NCBI GenBank assembly: GCA_963823035.1
Contig: CAWGKG010000010.1
Span: 192,001 to 256,000 of the forward strand
Length of the DNA: 64,000 nt
Origin: an uncultured Gemmatimonadales bacterium
Lineage (GTDB): Bacteria > Gemmatimonadota > Gemmatimonadetes > Longimicrobiales > Gaopeijiaceae
Direction: 5' to 3'
This document shows, one piece after another, positions 1 to 9,504 of the stretch. Positions within the stretch are counted from its first letter, which is position 1; the number at the start of each line of letters is the position of its first letter. The notes below the pieces were generated by a model that had not been told where the DNA came from, did no database searches, and saw only the letters and a list, made by a program, of their open reading frames with translations. Made by a program: the position numbers and the translations under genes.

Positions 1-1628
1 GAGCACGCCCAACGCGATGGCGCTGTCGGCGGACGGGCGCCGCCTCTTCGTGGCGGAGGCGGACAACAACGCGGTCGCCGTCTTCGACCTGTCTCCCGCC
101 ACCGGTGGATACATCGCGCCCCAGGGCGTGGCGATCCAGGACAGGCTCGTCGGGCGCATCCCCGTGGCGTGGTATCCGACCGCGCTCCAGGTTCGAGGCG
201 ACACGATCCTGGTCGCCAACGGCAAGGGGAAGGGTACGGCCCCCAACCCGGCGTTTCCACAGCCCCCGCTGCGTCGTGCGGAGGGTGAGCCGAGCTACAC
301 CATGGGGCAGCTCAGCGGCACGCTGAGCACCCTCCCTCTGGCGCGCGCGCGAGAGACCGATCTGGTGCCGTTGAGCGCCCGCGTGGCGCGCGCGAACGGG
401 TGGGAGGGCCGTGCCCGCCGCGGCCCGGAATATCCCCCCATCGAGCACGTGATCTACGTCATCAAGGAGAACCGCACGTACGACCAGATGCTCGGCGACA
501 TCCCCGCGGGTGACGGCGATACCGCGCTGGTGTTCTTCCCGCGCTCCGTGAGCCCGAACCACCACGCCCTGGCCGAGCGCTTCGGGCTGTACGACCGCTT
601 CTTCGTGAACGCCGAGGCCAGCCCGGACGGCCACAACTGGTCGATGGCGGCCTACACCACGGACTACCTCCAGAAGACGGTCCCGTCGAACTACTCGAGC
701 CGCGGGCGCACGTACGACTGGGAGGGGACGAACCGTGGGCGGATCCCGTGGGAGGACGGCGACGACGACGCCAACGAGCCGGCCATGGGCTACCTCTGGG
801 ACCTGGCCGAGGACGCGGGCATCACCTTCCGCAACTACGGCGAGTTCGTGGTGCCGGACAACGTCGACCCCGACGGCGACATGCCCAGGGGCTACAAGGG
901 CAACAAGCCCTTCCTGGCGGAGCACACGAGCCGGGAGTATCCGGGGTTCAACATGGACATCCCCGACCAGCGTCGCGCCGACGTCTGGATCGGAGAGCTG
1001 CAGGGCTTCGTGGAGGCGGGCGCCATGCCGGCCTTCCAGATCCTGCGGCTCCCGAACGACCATACCGCCGGCGGAACCGCGGGCGCGCGCACGCCGCGGG
1101 CCAACGTGGCCGACAACGACCTGGCGCTGGGGAGGATCGTCCAGGCTCTGTCCAACACGCCGTTCTGGCAGAACACCGCGGTGTTCGTGCTCGAGGACGA
1201 CGCGCAGAACGGTCCCGACCACGTGGACTCGCACCGCTCCGTCCTCCTGGTGATCTCGCCGTGGAGCCAGCGGGGCGTGCACCACCGGTGGACGAACACG
1301 ACGGACGTGGTGGCGACGATGACGGAGATCCTCGGACTCGGCTCCCTCTCGCAGTTCGACTTCTACGGCCGACCACTACGGGGAGTCTGGGCGGACGCGC
1401 CGGACCTCACGCCCTACGAGGCGCTCGACGCCGGAGCAGTCGCTGGACGAGCGCAACCCGGAGGGTGGGCCGGACGCGGAGGCGTCGGAGGCGCTGGACC
1501 TGCGCTTCGAGGACTCGGGGCAGGACGACCTCTTCAACCGGATCCTCTGGCGCATCGTCAAAGGCGACGACGTTCCCTATCCGGGGCCGAGCAGGATGTC
1601 CGCGCTGGAGTGGAAGCGGGGCCGCTGA
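1..1628 (+). CDS. YncE-like beta-propeller / alkaline phosphatase-superfamily phosphoesterase, 5'-truncated by window edge
   Basis: Propeller-like start (LFVAEADNNAVAVFD), then motifs VIKENRTYD, SPDGHNW, LPNDHT, EDDAQNGPDHVDSHRS. Indel near 1435; the shifted frame gives a natural C-terminus ...DLFNRILWRIVKG...WKRGR with TGA at 1626-1628. Confidence 0.85.
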
Positions 1629-1630
1629 AG

Positions 1631-1680
1631 AAGGGCGCGAGGGGCCCGGTCGGAGGCTTCCGGCCGGGTCACGCGCCCTT
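1631..1680. terminator. Long GC-rich hairpin between convergent genes, candidate bidirectional terminator
   Basis: aagggcgcg (1631-1639) pairs with cgcgccctt (1672-1680); inner stem cccggtcgga/tccggccggg. No U-tract. Confidence 0.5.
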
Positions 1681-2766
1681 GTCGAGGGCTCTTCCGAGCG
1701 CTTCGAGGCCCTCTTCCAGCACGCTGCGCTGGCCGGCCATCGCGAGGCGGAAGTGCCGTGGGGCGCCGAAGAAGCGACCGGGCACGACGCCTACGCCGAA
1801 CTCCTGACGCGCCATCTCGACGAAGGGCTCCGCATCCCTGGCGGCGATGAGACGCGGGAAGGCCACGCAGCTGCCCACGGCCGGCGCGACCCACTCCAGC
1901 TCGGAGCGGCTCTCGACGAAGCGCTTCACGATGCCCCAGTGCGGTTCGAGGATCCCGCGCGCCCGGTCGAGCAGCTTGTCGATGTGCTCGAACGCGAGCG
2001 TGCCGAGTCGCTCGGAGGGCGCCGAGCCGCTGCCGTCGACCACGTCCCGCACCCGCCGGATGCGCTGGATGGTCGCCGGGTCCGCAAGGACCCACCCCAG
2101 CCGGAGGCCGGCCAGGCCGAACGACTTCGTGAGGCTGTTGATCGAGACGAAGGCGCCGCTGCGCATCGCGGCCGGCACCGAGTCCAGGCCGCACACGGCC
2201 TCCAGGTAGACCTCGTCCACCATCACCTTGGCCCCGATCGCGTTGGCCATGTCCGCCACGGACATCAGCGTCCACGCGTCCGTGTACACCCCGGTCGGGT
2301 TGTGCAGGTTGGTGAGGAGGATGACCCGCGTGGTCGGCGTCAGCTCCCGCGCGATGCGGTCGGGGTCGACCTTGAAGCCGTCGTGCCAGGAGCGGTCGAA
2401 CGTCCGCACGTTGGCGCCCAGGAAGCGCGCGGCACCGGCGATCGGGTCGTAGCCGGGCCACTCCGTGAGGATGGTGTCACCCGGGCGGATGAGCGCGCCG
2501 AGCGTGAGGAAGTTGGCACCGGCGGCACCCGTGGCCGTCGCGACGCGCTCGACGCCCACCCCGTAGCGGCGCGCGATCGCCTCCACGAGGGGTGGCCACC
2601 CCTCGTCCGTGTTGGCGGACAGGGCGAACGCCTCGCGCGCGCCATCGAGCTCGTCCAGCGTGCAGTGCAGCAGGTTGCTGCCACGCAGGTCGAGCCTGGC
2701 GGGCGGGTGGTGCTTCGCCCACGTCATGTAGGGTGCCCAGCTGTCGGGCCAGTTTTTCGGGCTCAT
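1669..2766 (-). CDS. PLP-dependent aminotransferase, class I/II
   Basis: NLHNPTG, VDEVY and SLTKSFGLAGLRLGW (PLP lysine) motifs; start MSPKNWPDSW. Confidence 0.9.
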   Translation of the reverse strand: MSPKNWPDSWAPYMTWAKHHPPARLDLRGSNLLHCTLDELDGAREAFALSANTDEGWPPLVEAIARRYGVGVERVATATGAAGANFLTLGALIRPGDTILTEWPGYDPIAGAARFLGANVRTFDRSWHDGFKVDPDRIARELTPTTRVILLTNLHNPTGVYTDAWTLMSVADMANAIGAKVMVDEVYLEAVCGLDSVPAAMRSGAFVSINSLTKSFGLAGLRLGWVLADPATIQRIRRVRDVVDGSGSAPSERLGTLAFEHIDKLLDRARGILEPHWGIVKRFVESRSELEWVAPAVGSCVAFPRLIAARDAEPFVEMARQEFGVGVVPGRFFGAPRHFRLAMAGQRSVLEEGLEALGRALDKGA

Positions 2767-2895
2767 GGTCGTCCGGGTCAGTATCATCCATCGTAGCGAA
2801 CCAGACGCCGCCGCGCATCGTTGACAGGCGGGTTTTCCACGGGGTGCGCCGCGGCCTATCTTGGCCCGCCATCTGACCAGCCTGGAGGAAGACCC

Positions 2896-4335
2896 ATGAG
2901 GATGCGCTCGTTGATGCTCTTCGCGCCCGCGTTGGTCGCGGCCGGCACGTTTCTGCCGCCGGCTCGCGCCTTCGCCCAGACCCTGCCGCCCGAGGAGTAC
3001 CGCGAGCTGTCGAAGTCGATCTTCTCCGAGCTGATCCGGATCAACACGACCAACTCGGTGGGCGACAATACGGCCGCCGCGCGCGCGATGGCCAAGCGCC
3101 TCCTCGACGCGGGCTTCCCCGAGGAGGACGTGCACGTCGTGGTGCCCGACGATTCGCCGAAGAAGGGCAACCTGGTCGTGCGCTACCACGGCCGCGACAC
3201 GGGCAAGAAGGCCGTGCTGCTCCTGGCGCACATCGACGTGGTGGAGGCGAACCCCGCCGACTGGAGCGAGGACATCGCGCCCTTCGACTTCATGGAGCGC
3301 GACGGCTACTGGTACGGGCGCGGCACGACGGACGACAAGGACGAGGCGTCGATCAACGTCGCCAACCTGATCCGGATGAAGCGCGAGGGCTTCGTGCCCG
3401 ACCGCGACATCATCGTCGCGCTCACCGCGGACGAGGAGGGCGGCCCACGCGACGGGGTGGCCTTCCTCCTCGAGGAGCACCGCGACCTCATCGGCGACGC
3501 CGCCTTCGCGCTCAACGAGGGCGGTGGCGGGATGGAGAAGGACGGGCGGAAGATCTCGAACAACGTGCAGGCGAGCGAGAAGAAGTTCCTCTCCTTCACG
3601 TTCGAGGCGACGAACCCCGGCGGCCACTCCTCGCTGCCGCGGAAGAAGAACGCGATCTACGACCTGTCGCAGGCGCTGCTCGCGGTGCAGGGGTACGACT
3701 TCCCGGTCATGCTCAACGAGGTGACCGAGGCGTTCTTCTCCCGCTCTGCCGACCTGGTGGGCGGGGAGATGGGACAGGCGATGGGCCGCATCGTCGCGAA
3801 CCCGGCCGACGCGGACGCGGCACGCACGCTGTCCGTGGAGCCGAACTACAACTCCCGGCTGCGCACGACCTGCGTGGCCACGATGCTCGAGGGCGGGCAC
3901 GCGCAGAACGCGCTGCCGCAGATGGCGCGCGCCACCGTGAACTGCCGGATCCTCCCCGACCACGATCCGGAGGCGGTGGGGCGGACACTTCGGGAGCTGG
4001 CCGCCCCCTACGACGTGACGGTCACGCCGACGTCGACGGCCACGCCTTCGCCGCCCTCGCCGCTCACGGACGAGGTGCTCGGGCCGATCGAGCGGATCAC
4101 CCAGGACATGTGGCCGGGCGTGAAGGTGCTTCCGGTCATGAGCACGGGCGCCACCGACGGGCTCTACCTGCGACGCGAGGGCATCCCCGTGTACGGCGTA
4201 AGCGGGCTCTTCGGCGACATGGACGACGTGCGCGCCCATGGCCAGGACGAGCGCATCCTCATCCGGAACTACTACGAGGGGCAGGAGTTCCTGTACCGGC
4301 TGGTGAAGGCGCTGGCGGGGGGCGGGATCGCCTGA
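2896..4335 (+). CDS. Secreted M20/M25/M40 metallopeptidase
   Basis: GGAGG RBS, signal peptide, motifs LAHIDVV, GRGTTDDK, ADEEGG, NEGGG, GGHSS, HGQDER. Confidence 0.92.
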   Translation: MRMRSLMLFAPALVAAGTFLPPARAFAQTLPPEEYRELSKSIFSELIRINTTNSVGDNTAAARAMAKRLLDAGFPEEDVHVVVPDDSPKKGNLVVRYHGRDTGKKAVLLLAHIDVVEANPADWSEDIAPFDFMERDGYWYGRGTTDDKDEASINVANLIRMKREGFVPDRDIIVALTADEEGGPRDGVAFLLEEHRDLIGDAAFALNEGGGGMEKDGRKISNNVQASEKKFLSFTFEATNPGGHSSLPRKKNAIYDLSQALLAVQGYDFPVMLNEVTEAFFSRSADLVGGEMGQAMGRIVANPADADAARTLSVEPNYNSRLRTTCVATMLEGGHAQNALPQMARATVNCRILPDHDPEAVGRTLRELAAPYDVTVTPTSTATPSPPSPLTDEVLGPIERITQDMWPGVKVLPVMSTGATDGLYLRREGIPVYGVSGLFGDMDDVRAHGQDERILIRNYYEGQEFLYRLVKALAGGGIA

Positions 4336-7002
4336 CTACTGGGCCCTCATCGCCACCACGGGGTCCACGCGCGTGGCGCGCCACGCGGGCACCAGGCTCG
4401 CCAGGAGGCCCACGCCCAGGAGCACGGCGCTCACCACGGCCAGCACCTCCGGATCGCGGGGGTCGACCCCGTAGAGCTGCGTGCCCATCAGCCCCGACAG
4501 CGCCAGCGATCCCACCAGGCCGAGAACCAGGCCTACGGCCACGAGGCGCGCGCCGTCCTTGAGGATCATCGCGCGCACGTCCGCCCGGTCGGCGCCGAGC
4601 GCCATCCGGATGCCGACCTCGTTGGAGCGCTGCGCGACGGCGTACGCGAGCACGCCGTAGACGCCCACGGCGGCCAGCGTGAGCGCCACGAGCCCGAAGA
4701 GCGTGAAGAGCAAGGTGCTGAAGCGGTCCCGCGAGCGGGCCGCCGCCACCACGTCGTCCATGGACTGCACCCGGGTCAGGGCGACCCGCCCGCTCAGCGC
4801 CGACAGCTCCCTCCGGACCGCGGGGAGGAGCGTCGCGGGCGGCACGGTGGCGCGCACCACCAGCGTCCTCCTGCGCAGCGACGACTGGAGGCCGCTGAAG
4901 TAGATGGCGGGCTGGGCGGCGTCGCGGAGGCCGGCGTATCGCAGGTCCTTCACCACGCCCACGATCTCGCAGCTGTCGACGTCGACGGCGCCCAGCGGTC
5001 CGAAGCGGTAGCTGGTCCCCCGGACGGTGGTGCCCAGGGGGGAGCCGTCGGGGAAGAAGCGACGCACGAAGGCCTCGTTCACCACCGCCACGCCGGCGCT
5101 TCCCAGCGCGTCGCGCTCGTCGAACAGCCGGCCCTCCACCACCGGCGTGCGCAGCGCCTCGAAGAAGCCGGGCGCCACGGGCCGCAGGTAGGCGCGGTTC
5201 TCCTGGTCCGACGGGAGCTCCACGTCCATGCGGAAGGGTTGGCGGTAGTCGTAGTCGGTCTCCAGGGGGAGGGACGCGGCGTCCCCCACCACCTCGACGC
5301 CGGAGAGGCGCGCGAGCCGGTCGCGGAACTGCGCGTAGAACTCGATGACCGCCGTGTCGTTCGGCGCTACGGCGGGCGGGACGTCGAGCTCCATCGTGAG
5401 GATGCCCGACGAGGAGAAGCCGGTGTCCACGGCGCGCAGGTTGTCGAAGCTGCGCACCAGCAGCCCCGCGCCCGTCACCACCATGACGGCCAGCGCGAGC
5501 TGGCTCACCACGAAGACGTTCTGCACGCGGTGGCGCGACGCGCTCCCGGTGGTGCGTCCCCCGTCGCGCACCGCGCCCTGGACGTCGCGGCCCAGCAGGC
5601 GTGCCACGGGTGCCAGCCCGAAGAGGACGCCGGTGATCACGCTCACCCCCACCACCACCGCGAGGACGGTCCCGTCGAGGCCGATCCGCTCCTCGTACGG
5701 GAGGGAGACGGGGGCGACCGCCAGGAGGCCGCGCAGCCCCACCCATCCGAGGCCGAGCCCGACCAGGGCCCCGGCGCCGGAGAGGAGGAGGCTCTCGACC
5801 AGGAGCTGGCGCACCAGCCGCCAGCGCCCGGCTCCGAACGCGGCCCGCACGGCGATCTCCCGGGCGCGGACCTCCGAGCGGGAGAGGAGCAGGTTCGCCA
5901 CGTTGGCGCACGCGATGAGGAGCACCAGCCCGGTGGCGGCGAGGAGGATCCAGAGGGCGGACCCGGTGTCGCCCACGAGCTCGTCGTGGAGGAACTCGGC
6001 GCGGATGCTCCACCCCTGGTTGGAGCGGGGGTTCTCCTCGGCCAGGCGCGCCCCCAGCGACGCCAGGTCGCCGCGCGCGGCCTCCATCCCGTCGGCGCTC
6101 TTCAGGCGGCCGATGGCGCTCATCCACCGGGCGAAGCGGCTCTGGATCTGCATGGGCCAGGTCATGTTGATCCAGAGGTCGGCGTCGAGCGGGAAGGTCT
6201 GGTCCCCCCTCAGGACTCCGATCACCTCCATGGGGGCCCCGTCCAGCGTGATCGCGCTCCCCACCACGGACGGATCTCCGCCGAAGCGGCGCTGCCAGAA
6301 GCCGTAGCTCACGATCGCCACGGCGTGGGAGCCGGGTCCGTCCTCGGGGGTGAAGGTCCGGCCCATCACCGGTGAGGCGCCGAGCACGTCGAAGAAGTCT
6401 TCGGTCGTGTACACGACCTGAACCCGCGTGGGATTGCCGTCGTCCTCGGTGACGGTGCCCGCGGTCGGCCAGTACGCCGCCATGGCGGCGAAGGTGTGGT
6501 TCTGGTGCCGCCAGTCGTCGAAGTCCATCGGGGAGCTCATCCCCTTGAGCTGCCCCTCGGCCTCGTTCTCCGAGTAGAGCGCCACCAGCTCGCCCGGGTT
6601 CCGGAAGGGCAGGGGGTCGAGCAGCACCGACTCGACCACCGTGTAGATCGCCGTGTTCGCGCCGATCCCGAGCGCGAGCGTCACCACCGCCACGAGCGTG
6701 AACACCGGGTTCTTCGCCAGCATCCTGAGGCCGTACTTCACGTCCTGCATCCCGTCCTCCACGATTCGGGTCCCCCGGGCGTCCCGGGCCTGGTCTTTGA
6801 ACCGCTCCACCCCTCCGAAGCGAACGAGCGCCAGGCGCCGCGCTTCGTCCGGGTGGACCCCCTCCCGTTCGAGTCGCTTCGCCTCCATCTCGAGATGGAA
6901 GCGCATCTCCTCGTCCAGCTCACGGTCGACTGCGTCGCCGCGCACCATCCCGCGAAGGCGCAGCCGGACCGCGCGCAGCACGTCACCGAGGATCTCCAAC
7001 AC
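4336..7002 (-). CDS. ADOP-type duplicated MacB/FtsX permease with class A N-terminal prefix
   Basis: [23 protein letters not shown] prefix; [44 protein letters not shown]; two MacB_PCD/FtsX halves; GTG start at 7002. Confidence 0.9.
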   Translation of the reverse strand: MLEILGDVLRAVRLRLRGMVRGDAVDRELDEEMRFHLEMEAKRLEREGVHPDEARRLALVRFGGVERFKDQARDARGTRIVEDGMQDVKYGLRMLAKNPVFTLVAVVTLALGIGANTAIYTVVESVLLDPLPFRNPGELVALYSENEAEGQLKGMSSPMDFDDWRHQNHTFAAMAAYWPTAGTVTEDDGNPTRVQVVYTTEDFFDVLGASPVMGRTFTPEDGPGSHAVAIVSYGFWQRRFGGDPSVVGSAITLDGAPMEVIGVLRGDQTFPLDADLWINMTWPMQIQSRFARWMSAIGRLKSADGMEAARGDLASLGARLAEENPRSNQGWSIRAEFLHDELVGDTGSALWILLAATGLVLLIACANVANLLLSRSEVRAREIAVRAAFGAGRWRLVRQLLVESLLLSGAGALVGLGLGWVGLRGLLAVAPVSLPYEERIGLDGTVLAVVVGVSVITGVLFGLAPVARLLGRDVQGAVRDGGRTTGSASRHRVQNVFVVSQLALAVMVVTGAGLLVRSFDNLRAVDTGFSSSGILTMELDVPPAVAPNDTAVIEFYAQFRDRLARLSGVEVVGDAASLPLETDYDYRQPFRMDVELPSDQENRAYLRPVAPGFFEALRTPVVEGRLFDERDALGSAGVAVVNEAFVRRFFPDGSPLGTTVRGTSYRFGPLGAVDVDSCEIVGVVKDLRYAGLRDAAQPAIYFSGLQSSLRRRTLVVRATVPPATLLPAVRRELSALSGRVALTRVQSMDDVVAAARSRDRFSTLLFTLFGLVALTLAAVGVYGVLAYAVAQRSNEVGIRMALGADRADVRAMILKDGARLVAVGLVLGLVGSLALSGLMGTQLYGVDPRDPEVLAVVSAVLLGVGLLASLVPAWRATRVDPVVAMRAQ

Positions 7003-7016
7003 CGCCCTTCCCTCGG

Positions 7017-7352
7017 TCAGGTCGCGTGCAGGATGCCGTGGACCGCGCCCGCGAAGAGCTCCCATTGCTCCCGCTCGCTGGCCAGGTGCGTCCGGCCGAG
7101 CGCGGTCAGGCGATAGAACTTCGCCCGCCGGTTGTTCTCGGACGTGCCCCACTCCGAACGGATCCACCCCTTGTGCTCCAGCCGGTGGAGGGCGGGGTAG
7201 AGGGAGCCCTGGTTGACCTGGAGCACCTCCGCGGAGAGCTGCTGGATGCGCAACGCCACGCCCCATCCGTGGATGGGCTCGCCCAACGCCAGCGTCTTCA
7301 GGATGAGCATCTCCAGCGTGCCCTGGAGTAGGTCGGCGCGCGTCTGGGTCAT
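7017..7352 (-). CDS. PadR-family regulator, acidobacterial type (class A)
   Basis: [37 protein letters not shown]; immediately upstream of the permease. Confidence 0.93.
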   Translation of the reverse strand: MTQTRADLLQGTLEMLILKTLALGEPIHGWGVALRIQQLSAEVLQVNQGSLYPALHRLEHKGWIRSEWGTSENNRRAKFYRLTALGRTHLASEREQWELFAGAVHGILHAT

Positions 7353-7364
7353 CCCCGGTAGGCT

Positions 7365-7419
7365 CCTCTCCTAGATCTGTCGACAAGAGCGGACTGCTTT
7401 GTAGACGCTCTAGGAGAGG
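7365..7419. promoter_or_regulatory. Imperfect inverted repeat of about 55 nt upstream of padR, probable autoregulatory operator pair
   Basis: cctctcctaga (7365-7375) pairs with tctaggagagg (7409-7419); inner arms gtcgacaagagc / gctttgtagac. Confidence 0.65.
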
Positions 7420-7460
7420 GAAAGGTTGCAGCGCGGCCTTCGAGGGGGGGGACGCGTTCG

Positions 7461-7997
7461 CTACTTCTTCCGCGTCGGGAACATCCATCCGCGCCGGACG
7501 GCGCGCGGCTCCTCGACGATCACGAAGGCTTCCGGCGCCTGCTCGTCCACGGCGCCCAGGTACGCGGCGACGCGCCGTCGCGGGATGGCGGAGTACAGGT
7601 GGAAGACGTTTCCGTGCCTTCCCCGGGCGTCCATCTCCGTGACCGCGAACCCGAGGTCGCGCAGCCCCGAGGCCAGCTCGTCGCCGCCCGCCTGCACGAT
7701 CGTCTGCACCGTGGCGAGGCCGATCGCCAGCCGCTCCTCGATCATGAGGCCCACGAGGTTGCCCGTGGCGAACCCGCCCGCGTATCCGAGCAGGTGCAAC
7801 GGGCTGGTGAGGTGCTGCACCACGGCGCCCACGGCGAGGACCCAGATCAGTACCTCGAAGAACCCGATGATCGGCACCAGCAGCTTGTTGTTGCGCACGA
7901 TGAGCACGACCCGCACGGTGCCCATCGACACGTCGGTGATGCGCAGGAAGAAGATGAACAGCGGACCGTAGGGGCTCGCGAGGAGATCGTGGATCAT
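7461..7997 (-). CDS. DUF2179/DUF5698 (UPF0316-like) membrane protein
   Basis: [32 protein letters not shown] motifs; C-terminal PII-like region ending [11 protein letters not shown]. Confidence 0.85.
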   Translation of the reverse strand: MIHDLLASPYGPLFIFFLRITDVSMGTVRVVLIVRNNKLLVPIIGFFEVLIWVLAVGAVVQHLTSPLHLLGYAGGFATGNLVGLMIEERLAIGLATVQTIVQAGGDELASGLRDLGFAVTEMDARGRHGNVFHLYSAIPRRRVAAYLGAVDEQAPEAFVIVEEPRAVRRGWMFPTRKK

Positions 7998-8135
7998 GGC
8001 GTCGCCGGGTGGTGCGGGGGTACGCGGGGCCGAACCCGTATGCAAGCGCAAGCGCCCTCGCGCCGCCAGGGGGTGGGCGGCCGTCGCGAGCCTGCCGCCG
8101 CGGGCCGTATCTTTCGGCAACCCCGGAGGCCGGAC

Positions 8136-9044
8136 ATGTGCCGCTTCACGATGTACCTCGGACCGCCCGTCCAACTGTCGACGCTCCTCACCGAGCCGTC
8201 GCACTCGTTGATCCAGCAGAGCTTCCACTCCGAGGAGCGCTCCGAGCCGCTGAACGGGGACGGATTCGGGATCGGATGGTACGCGCCGCGCCTCACCAGC
8301 GAGCCGGCCGTGTTCCACCAGATCACGCCGGCGTGGAACAATCGCAACCTCTACAGCATGGCGAAGGTGCTCACCAGCCCGTGCGTGATGGCGCACATCC
8401 GGGCGGCATCCCCGGGTAGCGAGGTCAACCTCGCCAACTGCCATCCGTTCGCGTACGGCAGCTACCTGCTGATGCACAACGGGCGGATCGGCTCCTTCAG
8501 GAAGATCCGGCGCAGGCTGCTCGAGGGGCTCACCGACGAGGCCTTCGACGTGGTGAGGGGGAGCACGGACACCGAGCACCTCTTCGCCGTCTTCGTGGAC
8601 GAGTTGATCCGCCAGGGCTGTCCGGTGGACCCGGGCGGGGCGGCTTCCTCCCACGGGGCCGGCGCGCGCGAGCTGGCCGAGCGCCTGGCCTCGGCGATGC
8701 GGCGCGTGCTCACGCTGGCACGCGCAGAGGGGGATGGGACGTCGAGCTTCCTGAACGTGGCGGTGTCGGACGGCCGACACGCGGCCGTCTCGCGCTACAC
8801 GGACGACCCCGTCGAGGGCGCCGAGACGCTCTACTACCTGCACGGGGAGATGTACGAGCCCGCGGGGCGCCGCTTCACGCACCGCCGGGCCGACGACGAG
8901 GGCGAGGCCGTGGTGGTCTCCTCGGAGCGCCTCACGGACGATCCGCGTTGGCAGGCGGTGCCGCCGGGGACCGTGCTGGCTCTCGATCGCTTCGAGCCTC
9001 CGCGGATGCTCGAGCTCGGTGAGGAGCTGGCGCTGGCGGGGTAG
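8136..9044 (+). CDS. Class II glutamine amidotransferase (EgtC/DUG3-like Ntn hydrolase)
   Basis: N-terminal MCR nucleophile; [39 protein letters not shown]. Confidence 0.9.
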   Translation: MCRFTMYLGPPVQLSTLLTEPSHSLIQQSFHSEERSEPLNGDGFGIGWYAPRLTSEPAVFHQITPAWNNRNLYSMAKVLTSPCVMAHIRAASPGSEVNLANCHPFAYGSYLLMHNGRIGSFRKIRRRLLEGLTDEAFDVVRGSTDTEHLFAVFVDELIRQGCPVDPGGAASSHGAGARELAERLASAMRRVLTLARAEGDGTSSFLNVAVSDGRHAAVSRYTDDPVEGAETLYYLHGEMYEPAGRRFTHRRADDEGEAVVVSSERLTDDPRWQAVPPGTVLALDRFEPPRMLELGEELALAG

Positions 9045-9086
9045 GGCGCCCGCGGGACACCGCGGGCGTCAGGGTGCTTGTCCTAT

Positions 9087-9143
9087 CCTCGACATCGTGG
9101 TACATATCTGGGTCACCTTTCACCCACGACGTCGTACATATCG
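9087..9143. promoter_or_regulatory. Repeated motif upstream of padR (class B), candidate operator/promoter
   Basis: cgacatcgtg-gtacatatc and cgacgtc-gtacatatc direct repeat; perfect palindrome acgacgtcgt at 9126-9135. Confidence 0.45.
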
Positions 9144-9146
9144 GCC

Positions 9147-9492
9147 ATGAGCAAGACCCTCGGTGAGTTCGAGCAGCTCGTCCTCTTCGCGCTGGTCTCC
9201 CTGGAGGACGACGCGTACGGCGCCTCGATCCGCCGCGAGATCGAGCGGCGCACGGGGCGGGACGTCTCGGCGGGCGCGGTCTACACGGTGCTCGAACGGC
9301 TGGAGTCGCACGGGCTCGTGGCCTCCTGGATCGGTGCCCCGACGGCCGAGCGTGGCGGACGCCGTCGCAAGCACTACAGGCTGGAGCGCGAGGGCGCGCG
9401 CCTCCTCCGGGAAGCCCACGACCAGATGCAGCGGATGGCGGATGGCCTGACCGGGCGTCTGGTTCGGCTGGCCGGTGGGGCAAGAGGACTGA
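9147..9492 (+). CDS. PadR-family regulator (class B); natural stop apparently displaced by a 1-nt indel
   Basis: LGEFEQLVLFAL..GAVYTVLERL..PTAERGGRRRKHYRL. An out-of-frame TGA at 9490-9492 sits where the approximately 115-aa protein should end. Confidence 0.85.
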
Positions 9493-9504
9493 TCGGTCCC
9501 GCCC

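Noticed and set aside
748..2796. Long alternative-frame and antisense ORFs here and throughout (e.g. 57759-60266, 24612-26642)
   Set aside because: Arg/Gly/Pro-rich shadow ORFs expected at this GC content; they overlap well-supported genes.
2821..2862. TTGACA paired with TATCTT as a sigma-70 promoter
   Set aside because: Spacer is about 30 nt, too long for a single promoter.
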